Of a DNA stretch of 64,000 nt, positions 49,510 through 64,000 are shown in pieces; the stretch's first letter is position 1; every line of letters starts with the position of its first letter. Both the position numbers and the translations under genes were made by a program. This stretch comes from Nageia nagi (lineage: Eukaryota; Plantae; Pinophyta). The stretch is taken from the NCBI GenBank assembly GCA_050084985.1, contig JBITNC010000002.1, positions 36,332,001-36,396,000 of the forward strand. The letters run 5' to 3'. The notes under the pieces were generated by a model, which saw nothing but the letters and a program-made list of their open reading frames with translations, was not told the origin of the DNA and ran no database searches.

Positions 49510-52500
49510 ATACATGATTCTATTTTTCCCTAGTATTCAAAGGAAATGATCATAGGCACACAGACCTACCAAGCATGAAATTGTAGCATGCAGCATACAA
49601 TGCTTGCATAAAGATGACTAAGCTGAACATGAGAACATTTGAGTATGTTGATCGCTAATCAATCATGTTGTGCTAACTAATAACATTGAACATGGTGATG
49701 TCAGAATGTGTTTATTATCAATCCACCATGATGAATTATGATGACCTATTTGAACATGATGATGTTAAAAAATGATGATTGCCAATCCATCATGTTGACC
49801 TAACAATTGTCTAGTGAACATTCATGATGCAAGAAAGGTTGACCATGCATTCGACATGCCCCTAATGAAGTCTATGGTGTACCTGCTAAAACCTAAAAAG
49901 TTGATCAATTTTAAATCATGCATACAACTTTCCCCCTCAAATGGGAAGGTGTGATGGATGAAAAGATAATACGACTAATCATTTTAATGAATGAATAAGA
50001 AAACTATGAGTACAATTAAAAGTTTACAATGTGTGATAATGAATGACCAAATCACCTTGATGACTATAAGTCATGTGAATGACTAGGGTTAACTGAGTCA
50101 TTTGAGCAATGTAGGATCATTCAAATGCTCCTATTAAGGAAAAGAGAAAAATAAAAAGTAAAACTTGATTGGTTCACTATTCATTTTACTGTATGCATTT
50201 TGAGTTTACTATTTTACTAAGCAATGTTTGACCATTTACAATCGAACAAAAGTAAACAAAAAAAACTAGACTAGGTATACACATGGTAGCACCAACAAAG
50301 CAAGGAGGAGGTCCACCTAGTGATGAGGAGGAGCTGACATGCAAAAAGGTAGGTGCCCTTCCCAAAAGTCACCATTGTTGTTTTTTTTGTTTATTTTATT
50401 TTTTTAAAAAGGGCATTGTTTGTTTGTGTTGGCATATGTTGGACTGTTGTTTAAGAAAAAGTAGTTTAGAATTTAATATACAATCATGTGTATTGTTAAC
50501 AATTGAGAATTACAAATGATGAAAATAATAAAACCTATATAGGGAAAAAACATAGTGACTTAAAACCCTAGACATCATTCAAATCCAAAGACCTACCTAA
50601 ATGACCCACCAACTAGGTAAAAACTAGGTTATAGATGTATGTAGGTTGCCAATTATTATTCAAAATTTTTTAAATTTTATTGAAATTGAGAGTTATTTTT
50701 TTCATGCATTGAACTCTATAAATCATACTTCAACTAGATGATCCAATTTAGGGTCATCCAGGTGAATGATGATCTTAATTGTCATTTGGACAATCTTGAA
50801 AAATCATCTATGACCTAGATGACTAGGTGTGCCTAATTGCCTCTCACTAGGATGATTTTGATTGACAAGAAAAGATGCAAAAAATGAAAATGTAGACTTA
50901 GGAAAAAATAGTAATTGACATTATAGGGGATGCATAGGACTGACATAAACTTAGAGATAACTAAATTTGAAAATAGACTTGACATACTGACCAACTAACA
51001 CCTCAAAATTTATGCTAGATGAAACTCCAACTTAAGTTTTGATCACTATAGATAGAGATACGAGGGGCTCTAACACCAATTGATTGGGCATGGATAGAGG
51101 TCATAGGACTTGTAGGAGTTGCAAGAATACTCCCTATTACAATGGATACTTCCTAAATAACCATGCTCAAGGAGTGATTTGATCTAGACATATGGACGTT
51201 CCTAGTCCTGACAAGAGTGATGATAGTGACACTGGAGGATATCTATTGTATCTTTTGAGTGCCACTTGAGGGGGAGCTGATTATAATGGTGATAGATAGG
51301 TGGATATCCAACCCTATGTGGGTGATGGATATAGGACATGGGACCTCACCAATGGTGGGGTGTTGATAGATATACTCTATCACCAAGGGTGCCTCAGGTG
51401 CAAAGAGGAAATGATGATGTTGTTGATATTATCATTCATTCTCTTAGATTCTTTGGGACCTAGTTCTCATGGAATATGTTCAAGATCATGACAAGGATGG
51501 TACAAGATAGCATAATGTTCACCTAGGGACCAATGTTGCTAGCATAAACATATAATGAGTTGGTTAGATAAGTCAGAGGGTGATGAGGAGTGAGCATGAA
51601 ACTCCTACTCCAAGTATGGACCTAGGAGCACATTCAACTTGCCTAATTGAATAGATTACCTGTAGCAATCCATAGACCAGATTAGATAAGAGACATACCC
51701 TAATTATAGGGGTTAAGCTTCCATATGCAAGGTGATGGAAGCATGAGTAGGAGCAACCTAGGAGGCACCCCCACAAGGTAGACATAGATTGGTACAGGAG
51801 GATGTTGGCAAGGCTATAACCCTAAGATGTGATCTACTAGTCCTATCATGGTGGGCCAGTATGGGCAAAGGATGCCATATAGTTGGAAAGGGCCTACAAG
51901 GTTAAGCATCTCAAGGGGCACCAAATTAAGGATGTAGAGATATTCCCCTTTGATAGAGTATATTGATAGCATAGATTAGTGGAGGATGTGCCCCCAGCAC
52001 TAGTCTTGTACAGTAGGATTAATAGGGATGCCTCGATGAGGCTAAGGTTAGCATAAGTAGATCTAGATGCAATGTTAAATGCACCACTAGCAAGAGCAGT
52101 AGTAGATGATGCTAGGACTACTCTAGCCTATAATGCTTGGTGGGCATCCAAGCATGACCAACTACTAGCTTGGCTCATAGTAGAGAGAGATAGGGGGATT
52201 CCTCCCATAGACCTATGGGTCCTAGAGGGTGGAGTTAGCCTAGGAGCCAAAGGAGGATATGATGAGGAGGAGGAGGTTACAAAGGTCGAGAACAATGAGG
52301 GAAAGGAGGATGATGTTTAGGAAGAGGGAGATAAGGAGGAGCTACTAAAGTAGTAACAGATGGATGTGGATCCACCTATGCAATCAATGCAGTAAGAGGG
52401 GGAGAGACCTAGGACTCCTCAATTTGACCTAGTAGCGATAGTATCAGAGCTAATGCACCTCTAGATAAAGAGGGATGCACTATAGGTCCAATTAGCAGAG

Positions 52501-55500
52501 GTAAAGGGATGTACCAAGAGTTTATAGAGTCAACTAGATGAGGCAAAAGTAGTTAGGAAAATAACCATAGCAACATAAGCGATATCGAGGTAGCATGGGC
52601 TATAGCAGTAGGTTTGGATGATATCCTATAGAGTGAGCTAGAGGTTGAGATGATAGCAAGGCAATGGTTGAGGGATGGGGTAGTGTCATGCATGGTGACT
52701 TGTAGACACTTGATTGTATTTATTATAGTAACCCAGGAGAGGGATGCACTATGAGCATAGGATGAGGGGGTGTGGGCCTTAATGTAGATGTGAGCACTTA
52801 TACAGAGGCTCTATTGATAGGTTTAGAGGATAGGGTAGGAGTAATGGTATACATAGTGGTCTAGATAGACCCACTAGAGATGCATCCCTTGATAGTACTA
52901 AGCAGTACATCCAAACATTTGAGCTGAGCACTAGATGAGGTGGATAGGGCCACCATGTGGGTCTTGGCATGGTAGAGATAGCTTTTGGAGGTAGGATTAG
53001 TCTTGATTGACCTAAAGGTTTCTTAAATTGCATACATAGATAGGAGTATATCATAGAGTGTAGCAAGGATCCATTGCAACAAAGGATATTTAATCAAGTA
53101 GCCAACACCCTCATAAGCAATGAGGATAGAGATGATAGGTATAGGGGTCAAGATGAGGATAGATACCCCTACAGGATAGGCAAGCTCATTAGATGAGAAA
53201 TTTCATAGGTGGTTGAATGATTTTTTTAGGTCCTCCCTTCGATCAAATAGAGCAAGGTGAGCAGCCCAATAGGGGCTTAAACTAAGGGATAGGAGGAGAC
53301 TAGTACTTCCCCTAGCAGGTGATAAAGGACAGGAGACCCTTTACCTTAAAGGTGGAGGATTTTGATAGGCAAGACCAATTTTAGCATGATAGTGCATGAT
53401 AAGCTATGTACATTTATTTTGATAGAGATTGATTGTATAGATATTTAGTGATATTGTACACTTATTTTTGACACTTGTATACTAGTGTACATTTGGATGG
53501 ATGCATGCTTATGGATTATATTCTAGATTTGATGCATGGATGTAATTATTTGACACATGAATATGATATATGAGACCCATTTTTGACCATATTGTGTATG
53601 ATTACTCAAGTTATGAATGTGATGGATGCATTTACTTATATATTTTTTGGATGAATGAGATAATATGTACATGGAACAAGACTAAAAATGAACCCTAAAA
53701 ATGAAGATGTAAATGAGAATAATAAATAAGACTAAAAATGAGATGTAAGTAAGATTTAAAATGGACTTGTATGTTTAATCACATCACATGGGAATGAACA
53801 TGTATGCTTAAACACACAAGGATGAACTATAGAATAAATACCAAAAAAAATCATTAAATAACACACATTGACAAATAAGAAGATAACTAATAAACATACA
53901 AAGTAACAAAAGTTAAAATACCATGTGATAAAAATGAAAAAGGACTTAAAAGATATGAAAAGAGTAAAAATAATATAAAAACAAACCCAAAATCACAAAA
54001 AATGCCCCAAAATGTTGCCGAAATGCTACCAAAATCGTGCCCTAAAGGTGCAAGAAATAGTGCAGGTAGTAGGTAAAAATACCCCTACGACATGCTTAAT
54101 TGACACATATTACAATAAACACAATGATAAACATAGTCACGACACTATCAAAATGCAACCCAATTGAGCTAAAATAGAAACATAGCAACAATAATACTTT
54201 GGAAAAATTTAAAAATTGCTAAATTCGATAGACTACAATAAGTAACCATGATAACAATTTGAAAAATGACCTTGATGATATGATAGATGGTTGCTTAATC
54301 TAATTGCAAGATCAAATGGTTCAAAAAATGGAGCTAATTTGGCCTATTTTTGAAATTGAAACAAAAGGTTACTTCGACTAAATGATAATCCTTCAGTGAC
54401 TACTGAATGTGCACTATTATGAGTGGTCCCAAAAAGGATGCACGTAAAGGGATCAAATGATAATACTAGACTACCAAATTTGACATGATGATCATATTTA
54501 CATCGAAGAAGAATTAAAAAAAGATGGATTTAAAAATGGAATTCATTTGACACTTCAAAATGACAAATCAAATAGCCAATTTTTAGGACCTTTGTCCCTG
54601 AAATAAAATAGGCAAGAGAACGGTAATGAAATGACTTGAAATGACATGACATGACATGATAAGACCTAATGAGCTAAAATATGACCACATTGTAGCTCAA
54701 GATGAGAATGTGAACTAGGTCAATATGTTAGGGTGCCTTGGCGTATAAGCACGAAGGGCCCACTTCAAAATCTAAGAAACTAGGTGAGATGTGATCGAAA
54801 GAAAATGGAATGGACTCCCTAGTGATACTAAAATAAGGATAGAATAAGGGAAATTAACTATTCATCAAATTGTCAACATGAGACTACTTTACAAAAGGCA
54901 AATGAAACCAAATTTTGATAAAATGACACATGGTGAAACATGATGATAATGCACAAAATGTAGCGAAAGTACCTATAAACATGTACAAGACCTTGAATTA
55001 ATCATAAAAAGGATAAACAAAGATAAAGATAAGAACAAAGGCCCACATCACCAAATTGGCACCAATCCATCAAGGTCAAGGGTCATAACAAGATTGTAGG
55101 ATATTTCCCTTAGAAATCATGATAGTCTATAGCCTATAATCAATCACAAGGGAGTAATGTGTTAGTGAATCTAATATGGTGATTGAGATCCAAATGGTTG
55201 TATCTTCATCAAGAATCTATGAATCATGTATGTGACAAATGTCCTAGATAGACATGCAAAAATACTAGAGATGGGGTCTTTACATGAGTAGAATACAAAG
55301 GACCCAACACAACAAACAAACAAGATGAGATAAAGACAAGTATCAAGGTAAATGATAAAAGGTCATTAAAGCAAACAATTTTGTCCAATGGATTTGGTGT
55401 GGGGCTAATTTCCACACATGTCCAAGGCTATACTTGCTTCATCAAGGAATGAAGATAATGTCAAACATCCCTGACTTAGATGAGGACAAAAGCAAGGAAC

Positions 55501-58500
55501 AATATGATACATGCAAAATAATACAAATATATAGGAATGATCCTATGATACAAGGACTAACCAGTGATAGAGAGATAAGTGACTGGTGGTCTCCGTGCAC
55601 TCAAAAAATGTAAGATGATACTAAAAGTGGAGAACCATATAAGTATCAACTCCCAAGGACATGATCAAAAAATTAAAACAAGATGATGAAACATAAGAGG
55701 TGATACACACACCCAAGTTTGAGGGAATGAGTACATGTAAGCCAACCCTCAATACCTGGGGGATATAAACAAGTAACTAGAACCCGATAACATGCTACGA
55801 TAAACAATGTCAAGATGAAAACATGAGATGTAAACACAAACAAACTAAGCCAAAAACACAAGACAAGACACCATAATAGATAAAAATAATAGACATAAGG
55901 AAAACTAAATGTAGAATGGATGAAGATGGAGGATATTAATGGGCTCCATCTCCTCAAAACCCTTGAGATCTACCAAATGATAAGCATCTATACCAAATTT
56001 TTAATTGATGATATAAGGCCCCAACCAATTAGGTACAAATTGATATCTGAGTGGCCTCTTAAGATGTGACTACTACTAGTTTTGTTTAATAACTAAGTCA
56101 CCAATCTCAAACTCTTTGGGTCAAACCTTCTTGTTGTATACATGTTTCAACTATTATTGATAAACCTTATGATGTTGAATGACATTAACTCATCACTCAT
56201 CAAGAAGCGTTAGTTGGTCTAACCAGGCTTGCCTAGCTTTTTTTGCTTGAATGTGCATTTCTCATTGGCTGAAAAATTAGGTGGCATGTCATTCCACTTA
56301 AGATACTCATGTAACTACTTATACCATATATCACATTGCTCAATAATAATCTCATTGATATAAGCTAAAGCCAAGTCCTATAGTAGACATGACTTAAGTA
56401 TAGACTCCTTCAAAGGCACAATCTCCACATGATGAATATGTTTATGAGGATTAGGAGGAATAAGAGATCCTAGAGAGGCCATGGTGTTAGTAAATCTATT
56501 AGATAATTAGGGAGTAACCTCAATCTTATAAGCCTCAAACAATTTTAGCAAACTCAAGGCCATATCTCTATAAGTCTTCAAGAGCTCATTATGACATTGA
56601 TAGATACCCAAAACTTGATTTAATATTAATTGAGAATCTCCATGGATATGAAACCACTCAAAATTTAACTTTAGGGTGTCCCTAAGCACCAAAAGAAGTG
56701 CCTCATACTCAGCATTATTATTTGTACATGGGAAGTTTAACTTGAAAGAACATGAAATGGGGACACACTAGGGCATGAATAAAATAACTCTAGCCCCACC
56801 ACCTTATTCACACCTAGACCCATCAAAGTACATAGTTATATCATAGTCCTCTTGAGTATCAACTATCTCCTCCCTCTCATCTACTTTAAAAATATCTGCA
56901 TTAGGGAGGGTGATCTTAAGTGGAGTAGTTTATTGAATGGGTGCATTAGCTACTTGATCTGCTATGACTTGACCTTTAATAGATTTTTGGTTGATGAAAA
57001 TAAGGTCAAACTCAAACAAGAACAAGATTCATTTAGTAGTTCACGTAATATGGTACACTTTGCTCATCATATGCTTTAATGGATCAAATTTAGAAATGAC
57101 ATAAGTAGTATGGTTCAGCATGTAATGTCTTAACTTTTTGGTTGCGAAGGTAAGGGTGAGATAAATTCACTTGATATATATATAGCAAAGCTCATAACCA
57201 ACCAAGGTACAATTGAGGTAATAAATATATTGCTCCTTAGCCTGATCATTTTTTTGTGCAACCATGACTCCCAAAGCAAAGTTAGTTGCCAATAGATATA
57301 AGTGAAAGGGGATACAATTATGGTGGAATGAGCACAAGAGGGTTGAGAAAATAATATTTGATGTCATCAAAGGCCTTTTGAAAATATTCATTCCAATCAA
57401 ATCTCACATCCTTCTTAAGGAGTGCATTAAATGGATGACACTTATCTAAAAGCTGAGCTATAAATCACTTGATAGCCTAAATTTTTCCTTGGAGACTCCT
57501 TAAATTTTTAAGATTATGAGGCAAAGGCATACTAGTAATGGTAGTGAGTTTCTTAGGATCCACCTCAATTCCTCTCTTGGAAATAATAAAGCCTAAAAGC
57601 TTTTTTGAAGTGACACCAAATACACACTTTCTAGGATTTAGCCTAACATTATGCTTAAGTAGCTGCTGAAAGACTTTCTCTAGAACCTCCCAATGTTGAT
57701 CTCTTGATCTTGACTTGGCCAACAAATCTTCTACATAATCTTCCATAATATCATGCATCATATCATGGAATACATAATTCATAGCCCACTGATAGGTAGC
57801 ACTAGCATTCTTGAGTCCAAAAGGCATGACTTTATAAAAGTAAGTCCTCTAAGGTGTTGTGAAAGTAGTCTTGTGTTGGTCATCTAGGGTGACCCAAATA
57901 TGATTATAACCTAAGAAGCCATCCATGAGGGATAACATCTCATATCCTACCTTGTTGTCAACTAAAGCATCAATGTTTGGTATGGGAAATTCATCCTTTG
58001 GGAAAGTGGCATTAAGATCTCTAAAATTAGTACATAGTCAAAGGTGACCTTCTAGCTTTCCAACAAGGACCATATTCAATACCCATTGAGGGTAATCCAT
58101 AGCCTAAATGAACTTGGCATCTAATAGCTTCTAAATATCTTCCTTGATCTTAAGGGACTTAGTAGGATCAACTCTCCTAGGCTTTTGCTTAATAGATTTC
58201 ACATTAGGCTTGGTGATAATATTATAGAAAATAATATTGGAAAACATACCAAGCATATCAATATAACCATAAGTGAAAACCTTGACATATTTATTCAATA
58301 GTGTTGTACCTATGGCCCCTTTAACTCATCTAAGACATTCCCTAAGTAGACTATCTTGGGTTTTATAGGATCATCACTAAGATTGACCTCAACAGACTTA
58401 TCAATGTGCATGTGAGATCCATCCATTAACTGCATAAAAATAGGAAGATATGCATAATCATCCTCATCCAAGACTATTAATGGAGGAAGCCAATTTAGAA

Positions 58501-60662
58501 ACTTAGATTTATCAAAGCAAGTAGAAGAAAAAGAAGCATCACACAAATCAAAGGATAAATTTGACAAATGTGAAGAGAGATTCGTAAGCAAAGGACTAAA
58601 ATAAGTGTATGAGAACATTCTCTAAGAGGGGTCAAAGGTAAGAAACCATCAACAAAAACCATAAAAACATCAACAAAAGGGCTATCAAAAGAATCATGGA
58701 GAAATTGCTCAGGATGGAACACTTCAAAGCATGAGGACTAGATGGACCAAAACATAATAGGATTTCATGCTCATCATTATGCTTCATCACCCCTGTTGGA
58801 AGATTAAGATCAATAAAATGTTCTTCCAAAGGCTTGAGTTTAGGTACACAAAACCCTATACCATGCTTATCTCAATCAAATTGAAAAGAAATGGAAAAAG
58901 CATGAACCATTCCTATTTGTATTTGCTAAGCCATACCCTTACCATTTCCATTTAGAAAAGAGCTTACGTACTAAGTTAATACATGAAAGATAATTTATCT
59001 TGGCACAAAACTTCACCTTGAGACAAGGATCAAGGGTTATATGCTAGGTTGTATCCACACTCACATAAATCAAAGAAAGATAGGTTCAGTATAAGCCTAG
59101 GGGACTAAGAGAACATAGGACGTGGTGAGGATATCAAAGGTATCCCCAAGTCTTGTGCAAAAGGAATATTAAAAATCACATCATTAATATGATATTACCC
59201 TTTTCTAAGACATTCATACTTGATGAGGTCAAGAGATGGTGAAATAATCATATCAACAAAATCCTAATCAAGGAGATCAGTAACAACTTAAGAGGAAGAG
59301 GTCTCATCTTCCTACAAAGCATTAGAAATCAAACAAGAGGAAGACACATGGAACTAATTAGGAGGTGGAACATGATGCTATGATGGTTGGTAACTTATAG
59401 AGGTAGGAATAGATTGAACCTTATGATTGAAAGAAGATTGTAAAGGCTCCTTAGGTGACTTACCCTCATGATGTACAAAAGGATCAAAATTTAAGGGAAG
59501 GTGAAGAAGATGGTCATGAAGATAAAGCAGATTGAATAGAAGATAAATACAAAGGAGGAAGGATTTTATGAATGATAAGACATTCGATTAGGATGATCAT
59601 TTACAAGAATGGTGATAGGAAAGAGATACCCACATGGTATTTAAGAAGACTTGGGGGAAAAGTTGAATTATAGTGACTAAAAGAATTCAAGTCATCTATT
59701 ATGTAATGGATCATTCCATTATGTAAATATTTCAAACACTTATGCAAAGTATATGTAACTACCTCCATGTTGTTAATCCATGGTCAACCTAAGAGCAAAT
59801 TGTACTACATTTCACCCTCAACCACATGACATGTCATAATAATTTCTCTAATTCCAACTTTTGAAGTATATTTGCATGGTTGTTGCCAAAGTATTGTTAA
59901 AGGCCCTAATAGTGAGAGTAGGTGCATTTAAGAACTTGATAGGGACCTTTAATCTCTCAAGTACCACATGAGATATAACATTTATGGCCAGTACATTATC
60001 TATTAGCACTCTTTTTGAAGGATATGAATCCACATAGGAAATAATGTACAAAGCAAGATACTTTTCCTTATCAAGTTGAGAATACTAAATCTCATCCTAA
60101 TAGAATGTGATACCTAGCCTAGTAGAATTTAACAAATCCTATGAAATCTCTAAAAGAATGGGGATTTTTTCCATCTAGCTCAATAGATTTTAAATTTTGT
60201 TCAAAGCATTCCTATGTTCTACAAATTGTTGCAATAGATCTATAAGGAAAGCTTTATTTGTGTAGTTTGAAGCTATTGCTCTAACTATGTTTGAATGGTA
60301 ATAAGGGCCCTAGGTGGTTGTGCCTAAATTTGAACTCAAGGTTTAGCTAATGGTTTTTGAATTCCTACATCCCATGGGGGAGGAGAAGGTACTTATCATT
60401 ACCCTACCCATCTTAGTAGTGACCCCAATCATGTTACTATCATGTACTTCGATGATATGATATGCTAGAGGTGGGTCTATGATACTTGAAAACTCAATAT
60501 CTGAAACTACATCAATTCCTCCAACAAAAAAAAGTGTGAATCTATTTCTATAAAGCCCATAAACTCATTATTACTATTATGGGTTATAATCATGCACAAC
60601 CTCTTGCATCACTCTGATGAGATAGTATTGATATGTTTCTTATGCCAAGGTAAGGGATCCTA

Positions 60663-61245
60663 AAATCACACCTCAAATGATAAGGAATACCTAATCCATT
60701 TTGATGAGAACATGCTCAAATATTGAAGAGGAAAGTTCTTGATTTGGTAAGCTTTCACAACATTCCAAATGCTCATTACATCACTGAAATATAGAGTTTT
60801 AGAATTTGTATAGTTCAAGGTGAAAAATCAATAGGAAGATTAAAATTTGCAATCAACTTTTATAATGCTTAGTCAAAATTATGATAATTATAGCATTGTA
60901 GGGTCACTGGGTGATTGACATTGTCCAAGTATTGTACCAAAGATGTTGCAAATAAGGCCTAGACCAAGTGATCAATTAATCAAGGACCTACAAAACACAT
61001 GTTGTACAAATGATTTAATAGATTATATATCCAAAAATGTATATGTACCAATCACATGCAACATGCATTTTTAGGGTGTTTATAGAATACAAACTCAATA
61101 AATCCTTTGTGAAGGTTTAGGTACCTAACGGTATTAGCCCATATCTAGGATTCACACACAAATATGTATTTTTTAACAACTTATTAGGTTTTACCATTAG
61201 AGATATGGAGCCTTTGCTTGAATTATATGTCATGCATTGCAACAT
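60663..61245 (-). repeat. Partial, permuted copy of the same LTR
   Basis: 60663-61084 matches ~48605-49073; 61086-61245 matches ~47650-47860. Confidence 0.85.
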
Positions 61246-63293
61246 CAGTATCATGTCCAAGGAATGCTACCCATATAAGATCAATTCTATGATCATTCAT
61301 GAGTTGTTCCAAGGCTAAAGGGAACTATTATTGATGTAATGTATAAAATACAAGTTACATATGAAGGATAAACTAACAAAACCTAAGGCTCAATTGGTAG
61401 TGATCCATAATATTATCTTGAACAGTATTGAATAATGATATCTTATCTCCCTGACCCACATGATTCTATTCAACTTTTGTTAGATATAGCTCTCTTTTGT
61501 TGGGAGGTTTCACAAATGGATTTGAAGAGTAATTTCTCCAATTGATTTGAAGGAGAATATTTATATAAAGGAATCATAAAGGAACTAGGTCCAAACTCTT
61601 TGTTAAAGTCAAATAAGATTTTATATAAATTAAGCAAGCATTGAAGGAGTGTATGAGAAATGGATATTTTTCCCATTAATTTAAGTTATCTATATGTGTC
61701 CAAATAATAATGTGTATTAGTAAGATGAAATCATGGTCATTATCATTATTTTATTATTTATGTGAATGATTGATTCCCACAGAAAATAAAATTGAAGACC
61801 AAGATTCAAAGTACTTTTAAAGATAAATCATGGTTTGTTGCACTATTGGTTTGGGCTACAAATATGGTGAATGCGAGATATGATTTTCTTTTACAATATA
61901 TATGTCTTCATGCTCAATTCCTTTTCCTATCCTCTTGATATTATAGGTGATCCCATTCAAGTTTATTAGTCATTATTGTGTAGAATATTTCCACATTAGC
62001 ACTCTTTTCACCTTTGGGAAATACACAACAAAGCAATGGTTAATCAACAATAGTGCCTCTCTTTTATCTTATTGATAAGTATAATAATTTTTTATGATTT
62101 TTGGTTGCAAATCATATTAGGCTAAGAAAGTTAAGTGGGATACAACACTCCAAACCTTATGACATTAGGTGATGCTCATTGATATGTAATTCCTAAACTT
62201 ATAACTTAAGAAAAATCGCTAAGATTTAAATCATAAATTTTGAATGGAAACTATATTTAACCACAAGAAATAAAATAAAATTAACATAAGCACTAAAATT
62301 GACAAATTGTTAAAGAGGTCCTCTCATATGAGAATTAGTCCCTATATGCCACTCAGCTCATCTATTACATATAAGTTTATAATAAAATTATAATCTTCAT
62401 TGGTCCTCAAATAAGATTGAATCCTAAATATGTAGACAACTACGAAAATATGAACAAGTATAAAAAGTTTTGCGATCCTTTTCTCTATCATAATTCCCTT
62501 CAATGAAGTCTCCAAAGGATTTTATGTAGAAATCAACATTTAGAAATCATATGGCTTTCAACTTCCTAAGATTTAAAATGACTAAACAATGATCCATAAT
62601 ATTTACCTTCTTATTGACACCTCAAAGTTTTCCAACATTGGCACTTGATGTTGAGTGTATACTTAAGTGAAAGGTCAGATGGTGGTCGAGTATCACATAA
62701 TCCTTATAAAGGTTAGGATCTTATAATGTTAACCTAGTCTTCCTATGTAATTTGATCCCACCAAAAATCACATACTAACATGCCATAGATCAATTTTAAT
62801 AATTCTCTAACTACTCAAAAACACTAGTGCAAGTGTTGATGTTAGCGTTGGCACTATTGATAGTGTTGACGTTGATAGTTTTAATAGTTCTATGGAAAAC
62901 ACCTTGGATGGTGATCAAATATTTGATAATGGTAGGCATGCATTATATTCCTTAGAAATATATTTTTGATAACTATACAATGAAAAAGAATCAACTCAAT
63001 TAGAAATATATATAAAAATTTATATCTTCCCAAATATGATTTATCCATTGTTGATAAGTTCCATGGCATATAAATTTCACAAGACCCATAGGAAAATTTA
63101 CAAACATCACCCAAGTATGAGAGTGTTCCAAATATTCATTCTAATGATGTTATCCTAAAAGAATTTTTTCAAATATGGAGTAATTTTCAAATTCAAAACC
63201 TTTACAAAACCATATTTTAGTTTAAACAATGGATCAAGCTCATAAGTGAAAATATTTGGCCAAATTAACACTTAAGGTAAGATATCTATATCA

Positions 63294-64000
63294 CACCTCC
63301 CTAATGGGAAGTGAATTTTATCCTCAAAATATTTAGTTCTAGAAAAGGTGAGGAAAAAAATCCTTCACCTTACTCTTATCATACCATTTTGTTATTCTAG
63401 GTATTTTACGTTTCAACCCAACATGTCAAATTTTTTTAATTGTCCTCTCCTTGTATGTTATATCTTCTTTTGCAAAACTGAGTCTTGTTTCAATTTATCC
63501 ATTATGTAAGGGAAAAATTTTTAATGGATGGTAAAATGATGCATGAATCAATTTCATCTTAAGCTAGAATGGAAGGCTCAACCAATTTAACATGTTCAAA
63601 ATTGATAACTAAGTAAATATTCATGTAAGCAAGAAAATCAAGTCTGAAAGCATTTTCACTCACTTGCTTAATCATCTTGAATGGTCCATATATGATTGGT
63701 TTCAACTTCTTTTAAGGCCCCTATAACCTTTCTTTACTAAGGTGTATCCAACATTAATCACAAAATTGGAACTTATGATCAGTTCTATGCTTATCATGTC
63801 TTAGTTTGTATTTGGCTTGACTTGTTTTGAGTTGTTCTTATACCTTAAGATGAATAAGTTTGATTTTTTCAACAAATTTTCTCAAATTGTTGCTCCTCCT
63901 TCTCCAAGGTTACATCAAAATCATATTGCTAACAACAAACACAGTCAAATGTTGAGTATGGAAGGTATCCATAACATGTTTCAGAATGTGTCTTGCTTGT
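63294..64000 (-). mobile_element. Ty3/Gypsy integrase C-terminal region with PPT; 3' LTR extends left from 63293 (extent not determined)
   Basis: Minus strand: ETCYGYLP...FVEKIKLIHLKV*EQLKTSQAKYKLRHDKHRT...WIHLSKERL...KKLKPIIYGPFKMIKQVSENAFRLD. PPT AGGGAGGTG is followed by TGATATAG. Confidence 0.75.

Larger units (their letters stand above)
47512..61245 (-). mobile_element. Large degenerate Ty3/Gypsy element of the Tat/Ogre group (protease, RT, RNase H, additional archaeal-type RNase H, partial integrase, long 3' region)
   Basis: KRVLIDNVLAINVI (ORF 59848-60051); LSLMDGFLGYNQI and MPFGLKNASATYQ...DYVEDLLAKS (57477-57940); LYLLATNFALGVMVAQ; MYFDGS...FKLNFPCTNNNAEYEALL...GDSQLILNQV (56507-56835); KFVPNWLGPYII (~56005-56045). 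3' LTR ~47512-49073 ends TTTTAGGGTGTTTACA beside PPT ATTGCCCTTTTT. Confidence 0.85.

Noticed and set aside
61250-63290. Possible TE coding remnants or LTR sequence
   Set aside because: Too decayed to assign. No motif or boundary could be supported apart from the LTR edge at 63293.

Overview
Plant nuclear DNA, AT-rich and strongly CpG-depleted. The TE families, PPR style and gene sparsity suggest a large gymnosperm/conifer genome (inference). There is one intact host gene: an 8-exon, K+-dependent (type I) vacuolar H+-pyrophosphatase (AVP1/VHP1-like, + strand, 14114-19110, 767 aa) with a CpG-retaining promoter carrying three TCP-type palindromes. The rest is mostly decayed transposable elements: Copia, L1, RTE/RTEX-like LINEs, hAT, a Tat/Ogre-like Gypsy and a further Gypsy. 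Highlights: (1) a four-tier nest with every boundary readable, LINE < Copia-derived LTR element (TSD TGAGT) < hAT (15-bp TIR, TSD ATTCCAAG) < very young 2.6-kb chromovirus derivative (TSD GGCCT) whose single intact ORF fuses Gag in frame to the tail of the integrase chromodomain; (2) a CACTA-like terminus followed by a mosaic of PPR and antisense UDP-glucose dehydrogenase gene fragments (Pack-CACTA candidate); (3) an ORF1-only, poly(A)-tailed L1 (half-L1-like); (4) a Copia-derived element whose gag N-terminus runs into a long unrecognised reading frame instead of pol. I see no direct evidence for a wholly new biological system. These non-autonomous or chimeric elements are the best candidates for undescribed families. 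Boundaries marked approximate were placed by eye.
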